Virus record (IMG/VR): IMGVR_UViG_3300033553_000372
Location: 1-64,000 of that record
Direction: 5' to 3' (one strand)
Length of the DNA: 64,000 nt
Source of the DNA: a virus
Made by a program: the position numbers and the translations under genes. The stretch's first letter is position 1. Every line of letters starts with the position of its first letter. This document shows positions 27,649 to 38,000 of the stretch, in pieces. Below the pieces are notes generated by a model. It was not told the DNA's origin and made no database searches. It saw only the letters and a list, made by a program, of their open reading frames with translations.

Positions 27649-28995
27649 TTGAACTTTTTGCCCATAAGTTTCTTCTATAATTTTTAATCTAGTTCTGGAG
27701 TGAGATATTAAGTGTTTTGCTCCATAATCCATAAAATTAAAATAATAACCTACTTTCTTATTTGGAGACTTACGTACGACGCGACCAACTTTTTGCATAA
27801 TTTGCGATCTAGCTTTTCCACCAGACAAATCTATACAAGCGCCAGCGACTTTTGTATCAACACCTTCTCCTAATACAGAAGTACCAATTAAACAAGGTCT
27901 TTTAAATTCATTAAACTCTTTAATCATATCCATATTATATTGAGCTGATTCATCTTGGCCATTTAAAAATAATGAGTCACCTATTAAGCGTTGAATTTCT
28001 CTTCCATGTTCAACATGATCAACTAAAATTAAAGTAGGGATATTATTTCTCATCATCTTTTGAGCAGTTTCAATAGCTATAGCATTTCTATCTGCATTAT
28101 TATCAATAAAATGTTTTACGTCAGATCTATAAACTCCATGAGAAGTCTTATCATAATTCTTTATATTAAAAAACATTGGAACTACCGGGGTGATATAGCC
28201 TTTATTGATAGCATCTTGAACTGGAACTACATAAATAGTATCTGACAAAACACATTCCAAATAGATAGCTTCATTATCATCATTTTTAAAATTAGTAGCT
28301 GTTAGTCCATATCTATAATAGATATTTTTAAAATGAGTTTGAAAAAAGCTTCTACAAGTATTAGCTGCTGCATTATGAAACTCATCGAAAATAACTTGTT
28401 GAAATTGGTCAAAATACTCTGGAGGCATATTCTCAATTGCATGATAGTTGGTAACAACAATTGGTTTTGTAGCTCTTTTATCCATGAGGGACACGCTAGA
28501 GTTGCCAAAACAGGCTGAAATATAGTTATAAGTCTGAGTCTTTAGGTTACTTGAGGGTGTAATGATTAACGTAGGTCGTTGCGTTTTTAATAAAGCTTCC
28601 TTTATTGTTCTTGTTTTACCAATACCAGTTGGCATTTCAAGAATACCGCTATCATTTTTAGCAATAGCTGAAGATCCGAGTTCTTGTTCTAGATAAGCCG
28701 TTGGCTCGTCCAATTTATTAACTAATCCAATATTTATTTTATTAGGCTTTATTCTATTATCAGCAATCTGATATGGTAAATTTCTTTCCATTAAGAAAGT
28801 TTCAACTCTTTTTAATAATCCAGTTGGAAATCTACCAAGTTCATCTATTAATAATTTAGTAGCTGCTTGTCTATTTTTTCTTCTAATGAATATAGACATA
28901 TCAAAAAAAGCTACAGCTTGTCTAAGACTATAGAAGTCTTTTTGAGTTAAATTTAAAATTCTAGAATTTGAATTTTCTAATATAATAATTACCAT
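27634..28995 (-). CDS. Superfamily 2 DNA helicase (UvsW/ResIII-like)
   Basis: MPTGIGKT, DEFH, TAT, GEGVD and QKVGRVVR motifs. Confidence 0.92.
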   Translation of the reverse strand: MVIIILENSNSRILNLTQKDFYSLRQAVAFFDMSIFIRRKNRQAATKLLIDELGRFPTGLLKRVETFLMERNLPYQIADNRIKPNKINIGLVNKLDEPTAYLEQELGSSAIAKNDSGILEMPTGIGKTRTIKEALLKTQRPTLIITPSSNLKTQTYNYISACFGNSSVSLMDKRATKPIVVTNYHAIENMPPEYFDQFQQVIFDEFHNAAANTCRSFFQTHFKNIYYRYGLTATNFKNDDNEAIYLECVLSDTIYVVPVQDAINKGYITPVVPMFFNIKNYDKTSHGVYRSDVKHFIDNNADRNAIAIETAQKMMRNNIPTLILVDHVEHGREIQRLIGDSLFLNGQDESAQYNMDMIKEFNEFKRPCLIGTSVLGEGVDTKVAGACIDLSGGKARSQIMQKVGRVVRKSPNKKVGYYFNFMDYGAKHLISHSRTRLKIIEETYGQKVQLIDT

Positions 28996-29437
28996 ATATA
29001 TATTAATACTTAAAAACTATGGAAAACGCTAAATTTGTTGAGGCTATTGGCGTTAGAGAAACAGGCTACTAAAATAAACCTTGGAAATAGGCCGTAGGCA
29101 ACATTCGATCACCCACCCAAATCATAAAATATTAAAAAATTTTTTTCAAAAATAAAGAAAATATAAAAAATTCTTCCACATAAAAATAAAAAAATTATTT
29201 TATGTACTTGCGGGCCCGCCGGAATATAATAACATTGCCTGCTATGCTAGCATGATTGAAGCAGTGGCCTACTGGACAAAATGAATTTCTAATAGATTTG
29301 TTTTTGAGTCGAATATGTCCTAATCACTAAGGTTTTAATCTATTTAGATTTTTTAGAATTTAGATCTATATAGATTCTATCTTAAATAAATACTAAAATA
29401 AAATATTCTTATTCTTATGCTTGAACTATGTCCTGGG

Positions 29438-29465
29438 TTTATATACCCAATGCACAGTGTGTCAA
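29438..29465 (-). promoter_or_regulatory. Leftward sigma70-like promoter
   Basis: Minus strand reads TTGACA-16 nt-TATAAA. Confidence 0.55.
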
Positions 29466-29548
29466 TGCATTTTCAAATAAACGATGTAAAAAAATAAAAC
29501 TTAAGTAAAAATAGTTTCGAAGTATAGTTACAAAAACTAGGATATATA

Positions 29549-30904
29549 ATGACATCACCCAAATTTACTTTTGATGAAAGATTCCAGATTACCATCTTCG
29601 AATTATTGACTACAGATAAATATTTTGCAGAAAAATGTTTTGAACATGTAAGTCCAGAAAGTTTTAAGAATGAATATTTTGCTACCATCTATAATATTCT
29701 TCTCGGTCTATATAGAAAATATGAGTCAGTTCCGACAATTAATCAATTAAAAAATGAAATGCTTCAGATAAGTAATCCAACTAAGTCTGAGATTTTATTA
29801 GGAATTTATAAAAGAATAATAGATCCAACAGATACTAGAGATTATGAATACGTTAAAAAGAATTTAGAGAATTTTATAACACATAACCATATGCATCAGT
29901 TAGTTAATGGTATTATAAAGAACCAAAATGATCCACAAAAAGCAATTGAGGCTGCCACTAAAGAAATGGAAGCCATTTCAAATATCTCTTTCTCTACTAC
30001 AAAAACCGAAAACTTGTCAAATATAGAATCAATTCTACAAAGGTCTGCTGAATCATCAACACAATTAATACCAACTTTTATGCCTACAATGGATAATGAA
30101 ATGGGTGGCGGTGTTCCAAGAGGAACTTTAACCTGTGGATTAGCTGGAACAAATGTTGGTAAATCTATTTGGATGATTAATTGGGCTTATCATTTAATAA
30201 ACAATGGATATAAAGTTTTCTATGTAAATTTAGAAGGATACGCTGATCAACCATTATTAAGAATGATAACGCGTTCTCTAAAAGCCAATTTCTTTCAAGT
30301 GAGATGGAACAAGATTTCTGAACATGAAAGGGAAATGGCATTGAAATTTCAAAATGAAAAAGGAAAGAATTTTGAGTTTATGCATAACTCTTCATTTGAT
30401 TTTACAGTTGAAGACTTATTGCCAATGGTTAGAAAAATGCACGCTGATTTTCAATTTGATGTTTTAATGGTAGACTATGGGCAACTTTTAAAATCTAAAA
30501 GAAAATTTGAAGGCATTCGTCACGAACAATCTTATGTCCATAGAGCATTAGCGACTATTGCGGGCGAATTAAATATTGCTGCAGTTACAGTTGCTCAAGG
30601 AACTCGAGATACAAATGTAAAAAATCATAATGGTTCTAGCTTAATAAGAATGACTGATATCTCAGAGTGTTTTGAGATTATGAGAGCATGTGCTACCGTA
30701 TTCACACTAAATAGATCTGAAAGAGACGAAGAAATGGAAAAGGTAAGAATACTTTGTGATAAACAAAGAGATGGTAAAAAGAATATTATTGAAATTTGCA
30801 AGACAGATTTTGGTAAAATGTGCTTTTATGGCCCAGAATCAGAAGGCCTTGGTTTTATGAATGTTAAACAATATTTAGAAGAAAATCCAAAAGAAAAAAT
30901 GTAA
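29549..30904 (+). CDS. dnaB: Replicative DnaB-family helicase (T4 gp41-like)
   Basis: GLAGTNVGKS Walker A, NLE, VDYGQL, TVAQ, KQRDG. Confidence 0.92.
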   Translation: MTSPKFTFDERFQITIFELLTTDKYFAEKCFEHVSPESFKNEYFATIYNILLGLYRKYESVPTINQLKNEMLQISNPTKSEILLGIYKRIIDPTDTRDYEYVKKNLENFITHNHMHQLVNGIIKNQNDPQKAIEAATKEMEAISNISFSTTKTENLSNIESILQRSAESSTQLIPTFMPTMDNEMGGGVPRGTLTCGLAGTNVGKSIWMINWAYHLINNGYKVFYVNLEGYADQPLLRMITRSLKANFFQVRWNKISEHEREMALKFQNEKGKNFEFMHNSSFDFTVEDLLPMVRKMHADFQFDVLMVDYGQLLKSKRKFEGIRHEQSYVHRALATIAGELNIAAVTVAQGTRDTNVKNHNGSSLIRMTDISECFEIMRACATVFTLNRSERDEEMEKVRILCDKQRDGKKNIIEICKTDFGKMCFYGPESEGLGFMNVKQYLEENPKEKM

Positions 30905-32019
30905 TGTCACAATTCAACTATAAAGATTTAGAAAATTTACTTCAAGAAGTTGATATAAACTATATTGAAAACAATTCTCACTTTATAATTAAAGAATGTC
31001 CAAACTGTAATGGTGAAGATAAACTATTTATCTCTAAATCTAATTTATTATGGCAATGCTTTAAATGCAAAGATGTTGGTAATCCAGAATTTGGTAAAGG
31101 TAACTTATATTTTTTATTAAAAAACGTTCTTTATTTAGATAATATTCAAATAAAGTCTATTATTTTTGATAATAAGACTATTGAATATGCCCCAGAAGTT
31201 TTAACAATACCAGAAGAAAAAATTAAAGAAGAAAAAGTTTTACATAAAAATATAACTCAATATGAAGTTCCATCTTATTTTTATAAATTAGATTGTTCTG
31301 AAGAATCTATGAAAAAATATCCAGAAGCATATAGATATTTAATTCAAAGAAAAGTGACATCAAAAGATCAGATATTAAAGTTTGATTTAAGATATAATTC
31401 TGCTCAAAAAAGAATAATATTTCCTGCTTATATTGAAAAAGATTTTATAGTTGGAGTTCAAGCTAGAGATATAACTTTGCGATATAAAGAGCACCACCCA
31501 AAATGTCAAAATTTTAAGTGCAATTTATCTAGAAAATATTATTTTAAAAATGAAACAGTAGCCCCAATACATTGTCCAGAGTGTAATGAAAAATTAGTAG
31601 ACTCTTTTTATCCAAAGGCAACTAATTCAAAGGATTTTCCAAAAACAGAATTATTCTTTAATCAACAAAATGTAAACTGGAATTTACCAGTTGTTTTAGT
31701 TGAAGGGCCATTTGATACTATAATGACACCAAATTCATTAGGATTATTAGGAAGAACACTTTCTTCTAATCAATTCAATATCTTGGTTAATAATATAAAA
31801 AGAGATAATAAACTAATTTTATTTTTAGACGGCGACGAAGCTGGGACACTTTCGACCTTAGATGTGTATAGAAAACTATATCCATTTATTAATATAAAAA
31901 TATGTCCTCTTTATAATGACGACGATCCTGGTTCACACTCTTTAGAGCAAAATGTTATAATGTTAAATACTATTTTATCCCCATTTGATTGGGCTATTTC
32001 AAAAAATATCTTATTGTAA
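30904..32019 (+). CDS. dnaG: DNA primase (Zn-binding + TOPRIM)
   Basis: CPNC...CFKC, RIIFP, VEGPFD, DGDEAG, DPG. Confidence 0.9.
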   Translation: MSQFNYKDLENLLQEVDINYIENNSHFIIKECPNCNGEDKLFISKSNLLWQCFKCKDVGNPEFGKGNLYFLLKNVLYLDNIQIKSIIFDNKTIEYAPEVLTIPEEKIKEEKVLHKNITQYEVPSYFYKLDCSEESMKKYPEAYRYLIQRKVTSKDQILKFDLRYNSAQKRIIFPAYIEKDFIVGVQARDITLRYKEHHPKCQNFKCNLSRKYYFKNETVAPIHCPECNEKLVDSFYPKATNSKDFPKTELFFNQQNVNWNLPVVLVEGPFDTIMTPNSLGLLGRTLSSNQFNILVNNIKRDNKLILFLDGDEAGTLSTLDVYRKLYPFINIKICPLYNDDDPGSHSLEQNVIMLNTILSPFDWAISKNILL

Positions 32020-32136
32020 ATAAAATTTATATAAATCAATAGTGTAACAAAAAGTTATATTTTTATAGTATCAAAAGTTAAACAAATGGTTAATGATCCA
32101 TCCACAACAATTTACGCTACTTTTTGGAGGATTTCA

Positions 32137-32766
32137 ATGAAAAATCAAGAGACATATGTCTATTCTGAAGAACTGTTTAATTCATTAAAAGGCATCACTA
32201 TTAAGAACATTCGCAGAGAAATGGGTGGAGTTGATTTAGATCAAGCGGGTTATGATTATGAGGATTTAGAACAAGAATGTAGGATTTGGCTATTGGAAGC
32301 ATGTAAGCAATTTAATCCAGAATGTGGAATGAAATTTCATAACTTTTATTGGATCAAGATTTCTTCTAAATTAGGAAACTATAGAAACAAATTCCAACGT
32401 CAGCAGAAAAAAGGAAGAGTCAGAAACTTTACCTCAATAGGCGAATCTTTTTGGGGACTAGTTGGATTAGAATCTTCCGGTGAAGAATCTTCTGGTCATT
32501 ATAGTTCATATATGGAATCAAATCATAATGATAATAATGATGTTATTGATAGTATAATTGAAGTAAAGAAAATTTTACCATTATTGAATCCAACAGAAAA
32601 GGTTATTTACAATGATTTTTTCATTTTAGGTAAATCTTTACCAGAAATCGTAAGAACTAATGAATTTAAAAAGAATGATAAGCCTCTCAAATATTATCAA
32701 ATTAGAAAAATTATTGACGATTTGAAAGGTATTCATTCAACATTAGTATTAAGTGAGTATACTTAA
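32137..32766 (+). CDS. Sigma70-family-like factor 1
   Basis: Region-2-like EDLEQE..IWLLEA...FNP..GMKF; region-4-like LNPTEK..Y..F..GKSL.EI; GGAGG SD before ATG 32137. Confidence 0.75.
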   Translation: MKNQETYVYSEELFNSLKGITIKNIRREMGGVDLDQAGYDYEDLEQECRIWLLEACKQFNPECGMKFHNFYWIKISSKLGNYRNKFQRQQKKGRVRNFTSIGESFWGLVGLESSGEESSGHYSSYMESNHNDNNDVIDSIIEVKKILPLLNPTEKVIYNDFFILGKSLPEIVRTNEFKKNDKPLKYYQIRKIIDDLKGIHSTLVLSEYT

Positions 32767-32780
32767 TTTAGGAGATACTT

Positions 32781-33212
32781 ATGATTAATCCAGAAAACCA
32801 ATGTGCTCACCTTACGGATAAAGAAACTAAAAGTCTTTCATTAAAAGAAATGTTTGATATGCAATTATCACTTCAACTAAATATGTTTGAAAGAGGCAGA
32901 GGTGTTGATTATGTTAATGGAACATTTAAAGAAAAGGTAGATAATTTAACAATTCAAAAAAGAAACTTAGATACTGAGTTTGTTGAGTTAATTGAAAGAC
33001 TTCCTTGGAAAGAGTGGAAAACATACTCTGCAGAACAATTATCTGGTTGGACTTCAAAAGAACAAGAGCTTGAAACTAAGTTTGAATATGTAGATATGTT
33101 ACATTTCTTCATTAACTTAGGACTATTAATTGGAATTTCAGCTGAAGAAGTTGGTCAATTATATTATTTAAAAAATAAAGAGAATTTCGATAGACAAGAA
33201 AGAGGATATTAA
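32781..33212 (+). CDS. All-alpha dimeric dUTPase/dCTPase (T4 gp56-like family)
   Basis: ELIERLPWKEWK, EYVDMLHF, KNKEN.DRQ..GY motifs. Confidence 0.88.
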   Translation: MINPENQCAHLTDKETKSLSLKEMFDMQLSLQLNMFERGRGVDYVNGTFKEKVDNLTIQKRNLDTEFVELIERLPWKEWKTYSAEQLSGWTSKEQELETKFEYVDMLHFFINLGLLIGISAEEVGQLYYLKNKENFDRQERGY

Positions 33213-33228
33213 ACAATAGGAGTTATAT

Positions 33229-33585
33229 ATGGAAAATGTTAAAAAAGAAAAAGTAGCTAAAAAATCAAGATCAACTTACATTATTCAATGGTGGAACGAA
33301 GGATTTAAAACTAAAGCAGAAATCGCCACAAAACTTCATGAAATTGAAAATAACGGAACACTTGTTCAAAAGAAAACTTCTATTATAAGAGATGAAAAGT
33401 TTTTTGTTGGTGTTGCAAATTGGTATATCACGCAATTAGCAAGAGCTGGAAAGATTGATTATGTTGTTGCTGTTAGAAAACCAAGAGTAAAGAAAGCTGA
33501 AGCGCCAGTTGTTGAGGAAACTATTAAATCTGAAGATGTTACTGTTGTATCTACTTCAGAAGAAACTGAAATTCCTACCTTGTAA
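33229..33585 (+). CDS. Hypothetical protein (possible DNA-binding, acidic tail)
   Basis: 118-aa ORF with AGGAG SD. Confidence 0.7.
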   Translation: MENVKKEKVAKKSRSTYIIQWWNEGFKTKAEIATKLHEIENNGTLVQKKTSIIRDEKFFVGVANWYITQLARAGKIDYVVAVRKPRVKKAEAPVVEETIKSEDVTVVSTSEETEIPTL

Positions 33586-33596
33586 TTTTTGGAGCA

Positions 33597-34097
33597 ATGA
33601 TGATAGTTATTTGGATCGAAGGTGTAGACAATAGCGGAAAATCAACCTTAGCTAAAAAGTTAATAGAAGCCTTTAATTTAGAATACATTCATTGCTCTAA
33701 ACCAAAAACCGATAATCCGTTTTTAGAATATAAAGAAATGATTCAACAAATTAATAAGCCCACAGTATTTGATAGAGGATATTGTGGCGAATTTGTTTAT
33801 TCACAATTATGGAGAGGTGGACTATCTATGAAAATGGACGAGTTCCATCAATTAGATGATTTATGTAAAGAAAGATTTGGATTTAAAACCATTATTATTC
33901 ATGCACAAGCTCCACTACATATCATAAAAGATAGGTGTATTAAAGAAAAAGAAGACTTGCTTCAGTTAGATCAGATTGAAAAATGTCAGCACTTGTTTAC
34001 TGAAATCATGTTTCATACAAAAATGCCAGTATTAGATTACTTTTCTCATACTCAAGAGCCAAAAGATATAATCGAAAAGCTATCTGCATTTCTTTAA
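33597..34097 (+). CDS. dNMP (thymidylate-kinase-like) kinase
   Basis: IEGVDNSGKST P-loop, FDR...EFVY. Confidence 0.88.
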   Translation: MMIVIWIEGVDNSGKSTLAKKLIEAFNLEYIHCSKPKTDNPFLEYKEMIQQINKPTVFDRGYCGEFVYSQLWRGGLSMKMDEFHQLDDLCKERFGFKTIIIHAQAPLHIIKDRCIKEKEDLLQLDQIEKCQHLFTEIMFHTKMPVLDYFSHTQEPKDIIEKLSAFL

Positions 34098-34124
34098 GTA
34101 ATATAAAAATATTAAGGATTATAT

Positions 34125-35072
34125 ATGACAAACTATTCCACTGTGTTTAGAAATTGTGTTACTGAAATTATGAATCATGGCGATGAAGTCTCACCAAGAG
34201 GACAACTAACTAAAGAAAAATTATCTCACACAATTAAAGTTAATCCATTAAAGAGTATTTTTTCATCTCCTATTAGAGAAATAAATCATTCATTCTTATT
34301 TGCTGAAAATTTATGGTACCTTTCTGGAAGAAATTCAATGTTTCTTCTAACTCATTATAATAAAAATTACCATAATTTTGCAGATGATTCTATATTACAA
34401 GGCGCCTATGGCCCAATGATATTAGAGCAAATTAGGTATATTGTTAATACGCTTAAAAAGGACAATGATTCGAGACAAGCTGTAATTTCTTTGTGGAGAC
34501 CTAATCCATCTGAAGCAAAAGATAAACCATGTACGCTCAATTTTCATTTTATGATTCGCAATGGTCAACTTAATCTTCATGTTACTATGAGATCAAATGA
34601 TGCTGTTTGGGGACAAAATTATGATGTTCCATCTTTTAGCTTACTTTTATTAGTGATAGCTGGATCTCTTGCTGTCAAACCAGGACATTTATATTTAACG
34701 GCTAATAGTTTACATATATACGAAAAACACTTTGAATTAGCTAACGAAATAAAAAATTCTCAAGATTCTGATTATAAAGATGTAGAGTTTATTGAAGCAC
34801 CAAATGAAACGCTTGAATGTCAACTATATTATGTTGAACAATGCATCATGGCTCATTATCTTTTAGTTTCAAATAATTTTGATTTATTGAAATTTAATTC
34901 ATTACCAAATTTTTACAAACAATATGTTGGAGCTATGGCTTATCATATTCAACATAAAGTTAAATCAGAAATATTAGTAGAAGATATTATCTATTATATT
35001 AGTGACGCAAATAGTTCTTTAGGTAATATGTTCAATGACAAATATAAATCGTACTTACTCAAATCTAAATAA
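34125..35072 (+). CDS. Thymidylate-synthase homologue, predicted dCMP-modifying (hydroxymethylase/methylase/hydroxylase)
   Basis: AE.LWY, AYG, SRQA, PCT catalytic Cys, MRSND..WG..YD (Asp at the substrate-specificity position), SLHIY. Confidence 0.8.
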   Translation: MTNYSTVFRNCVTEIMNHGDEVSPRGQLTKEKLSHTIKVNPLKSIFSSPIREINHSFLFAENLWYLSGRNSMFLLTHYNKNYHNFADDSILQGAYGPMILEQIRYIVNTLKKDNDSRQAVISLWRPNPSEAKDKPCTLNFHFMIRNGQLNLHVTMRSNDAVWGQNYDVPSFSLLLLVIAGSLAVKPGHLYLTANSLHIYEKHFELANEIKNSQDSDYKDVEFIEAPNETLECQLYYVEQCIMAHYLLVSNNFDLLKFNSLPNFYKQYVGAMAYHIQHKVKSEILVEDIIYYISDANSSLGNMFNDKYKSYLLKSK

Positions 35073-38000
35073 TAAAAGCCATTTTTCTTGTGGAATTGGT
35101 ATTGGTAAACCAATAGAGATTATCAATAAAGCAAAAGAAAAAGGTCTTAGTGGTATAGCTATAACAGACAGGTATACTATCGCCGGACTTCTTGATTTTT
35201 ATTTTCTAGCAAAAAAAGAAAAATTTCCACTTGCTTTAGGTGTAGAACTTTTCTTTTTCGATTATTCTAATAAGATAAATAGAATTATTTTGATTGCTAA
35301 AAATCAAGAAGGATATTTTAATCTTTGTAAATTAGTTTCTTCTTCTCATAATAATATAGATATGCATAAAGTTCCTTGTGTTTCTTTTTACGATCTTAAT
35401 GAATTTAAAGATTCACTTTATTGCTTAATAGACAATCATGATTATCATAAAATATTAGAGCCTATCTTTAAAGAAAATTTAATATATGAAATTATTCTTG
35501 ATAGTGATCATATTGACAAAAATAAATCTATTATAGAAAGCGGTAATAAATTCGTAATAACTTCAGACGCATTTATTCCTGATGAGACATTTAAAATACT
35601 TCAAGACATTATGATAGATAATGCATCATTTAATTCTACAAAAGAAGTTTTCACAGAGTCTAAACATATTTTATCCTTTAATGAATTAGTAGAAAAATGG
35701 AAGAATCATATAGATTACTTTCCAGCCCAAAAGTTTATAGAAGGAATCGACTTATCAAATTTAATATTAAATGAATGCTCAAAAATAGAATTAAAATTTA
35801 ATGATCAAGTTGTAAATTTCCCACACCTCCTTCATCCATTTAATTTAGAAGGACATTCAAAAACAGAATTAGTTTGGAAAATTGCTAAAGAATATGGTAG
35901 ACTTCAAGATAATTCTATCTATAGAGAAAGATTTGAATTTGAAATGGATGCTATTCAGAATAATGGTCGAGTAGATTTAATAGATTATTTTTTAGTTTTA
36001 GAGGATTTGTGTCGCTGGTGTAGAGAAAATGGAGTCATGGTTGGGCCTGGAAGAGGTTCTGGAGCTGGATCATTAGTTAACTATTGTCTTAAAATAACTC
36101 ACCTAGATCCAATAAAATATAATTTGCTGTTTGAAAGATTTATCTCTAAAGGTCGTATTCAAATGGGTACGTTACCAGATATTGATTTAGATTTTTCTCA
36201 CCCAGATAAAGCGAGAGAATATTTAATTGAAAAATATGGATATGATAGAGTCATAAGAATAGGAACTGCTCAAACACTAAAAGCAGCTGGATCAGTTAAA
36301 GATGTAGCTAAGTTTTTAAATCCAGAATTAGATTTTATGACAATTAATAATATCACAAGAACTTTTGGTGTTAAAGACCAAGATGAAACTGAGCTTCAAT
36401 TCTTTGAAAGAAACTGTAATGAAAATGATGTTGCTAAATTATTTTTTGACCAATATCCACAAATCAAAGAAAACGTTGGTAGATTATTAGGATACAATAG
36501 ACAATATGGAACTCATCCCTGTTTTAGTGGCGATTCAACTATACTTACAGATGAAGGTTTTAAATCTTTTAGTGAACTCAATGGTTCAATAAAGAAGGTT
36601 TTAACACCAGATGGTTGGAAAGAAGCTATTTTTTTTACAAATGGATATAAAGATATTAACGTATTTAAATTTAAAAGTAAGCAATTATCTAACAAATCTT
36701 ATTACACAAAAAATACTGAAGATCATTTATTTTTAAATAACAAAAATGAATTTGAGAATTTATCCTCGAATTTTATTCCTTCTCAATTATTAGCTAACGA
36801 TTTCGATAGATTATTTATTCTTTTAGGTTGGTTATGGAATGATGGAACATATTTAAAAAATAAGAAGAGATTTTTTCTTTATCTTACAAAAGAAAAAGAT
36901 GAGGCGATTTTATCATTATTAAATGAGAACGATTACGAGATTACAAATAGATCTGATAGAGTGCTATTATCGCTAGAACTATCTAAACAAATTTTTAATT
37001 TAGGTTATTGCTGTGAATTAGTTAGAAATAAAACTTTTCCTATTAATTGGAATATTTGGACTTTAAAACAAAAGTTCTCTTGGTTAAGGGGTATGTTTAG
37101 TGCCAATGGCTGTGTGATCAGGTCTGCAATAACATTAAAGCTCACATCTATTCCTCTTATACAAGAAATTCATAATTTTTTAAAGGAAAATAAATACGTT
37201 AATGTTAAGCTTGGAATTGGAACTCAAGATTTAAAAGGTTGGAAATCTAGACCAACAGGAAGCTTTTATTTATCATTTTATGGTAATTGTCTTTTTTCTA
37301 AAACGATAGGGTTTTTACAAGAATATAAAAATTTAAAGATTTATAATAAAATATCTTATATAAATAAAGAATTAATAATAGAAAATCAATTAGTATATGA
37401 CTTTACTGTATTAGATGGATCTTGTCCTATTGGTTTAGTTAATGGATTATGGGCTCACAATTGTGGAATAGCTATAACACAAGATCCATTATTTAATTTT
37501 GCTCCACTAAGAAAAGTAAAAGGACAACATGTTTTAGAATTTTCTGCAAAAAGTTGTGAATTATCTGGCATTATTAAATACGATATACTTGGACTAATGA
37601 CATTATTATTTTTACAAAATTGTTGTGAATTAGTAGGCATCGACGATATATATGATATACCACTAGACGATAAAGAAACATTTAAAGGCTTTATTGATGG
37701 ACTAACAGCTGGAACATTTCAGTTTAATTCAGATGTAGCAATAAATATTTTATCTCATCTCCCTTTAGAATTAATGAATCTTGATTTATTGTCAATGACA
37801 ACTTCAGTTGGTAGACCTGGTCCAATGAAGAATCATCAACACGTTGAATTTTACAAGAGAGTTTTAGGAGATAAATTTTCTAGTCCGCCACATCCAGCTT
37901 TAGAAGAAGAATTGAGAGGAACTTATGGTATTATGATTTATCAAGAATCTGTAATGAAGGCTTCACAAATTCTTGGAGGATTCACTTTAGCAGAAGCAGA

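Noticed and set aside
29019-29072. 17-codon ORF MENAKFVEAIGVRETGY as a tmRNA tag or leader peptide
   Set aside because: No SD and no tRNA-like ends; it cannot be supported.
34125-35072. Ordinary thyA or dUMP hydroxymethylase
   Set aside because: Asp rather than Asn at the specificity position argues for a cytosine substrate, so the thyA symbol was withheld.
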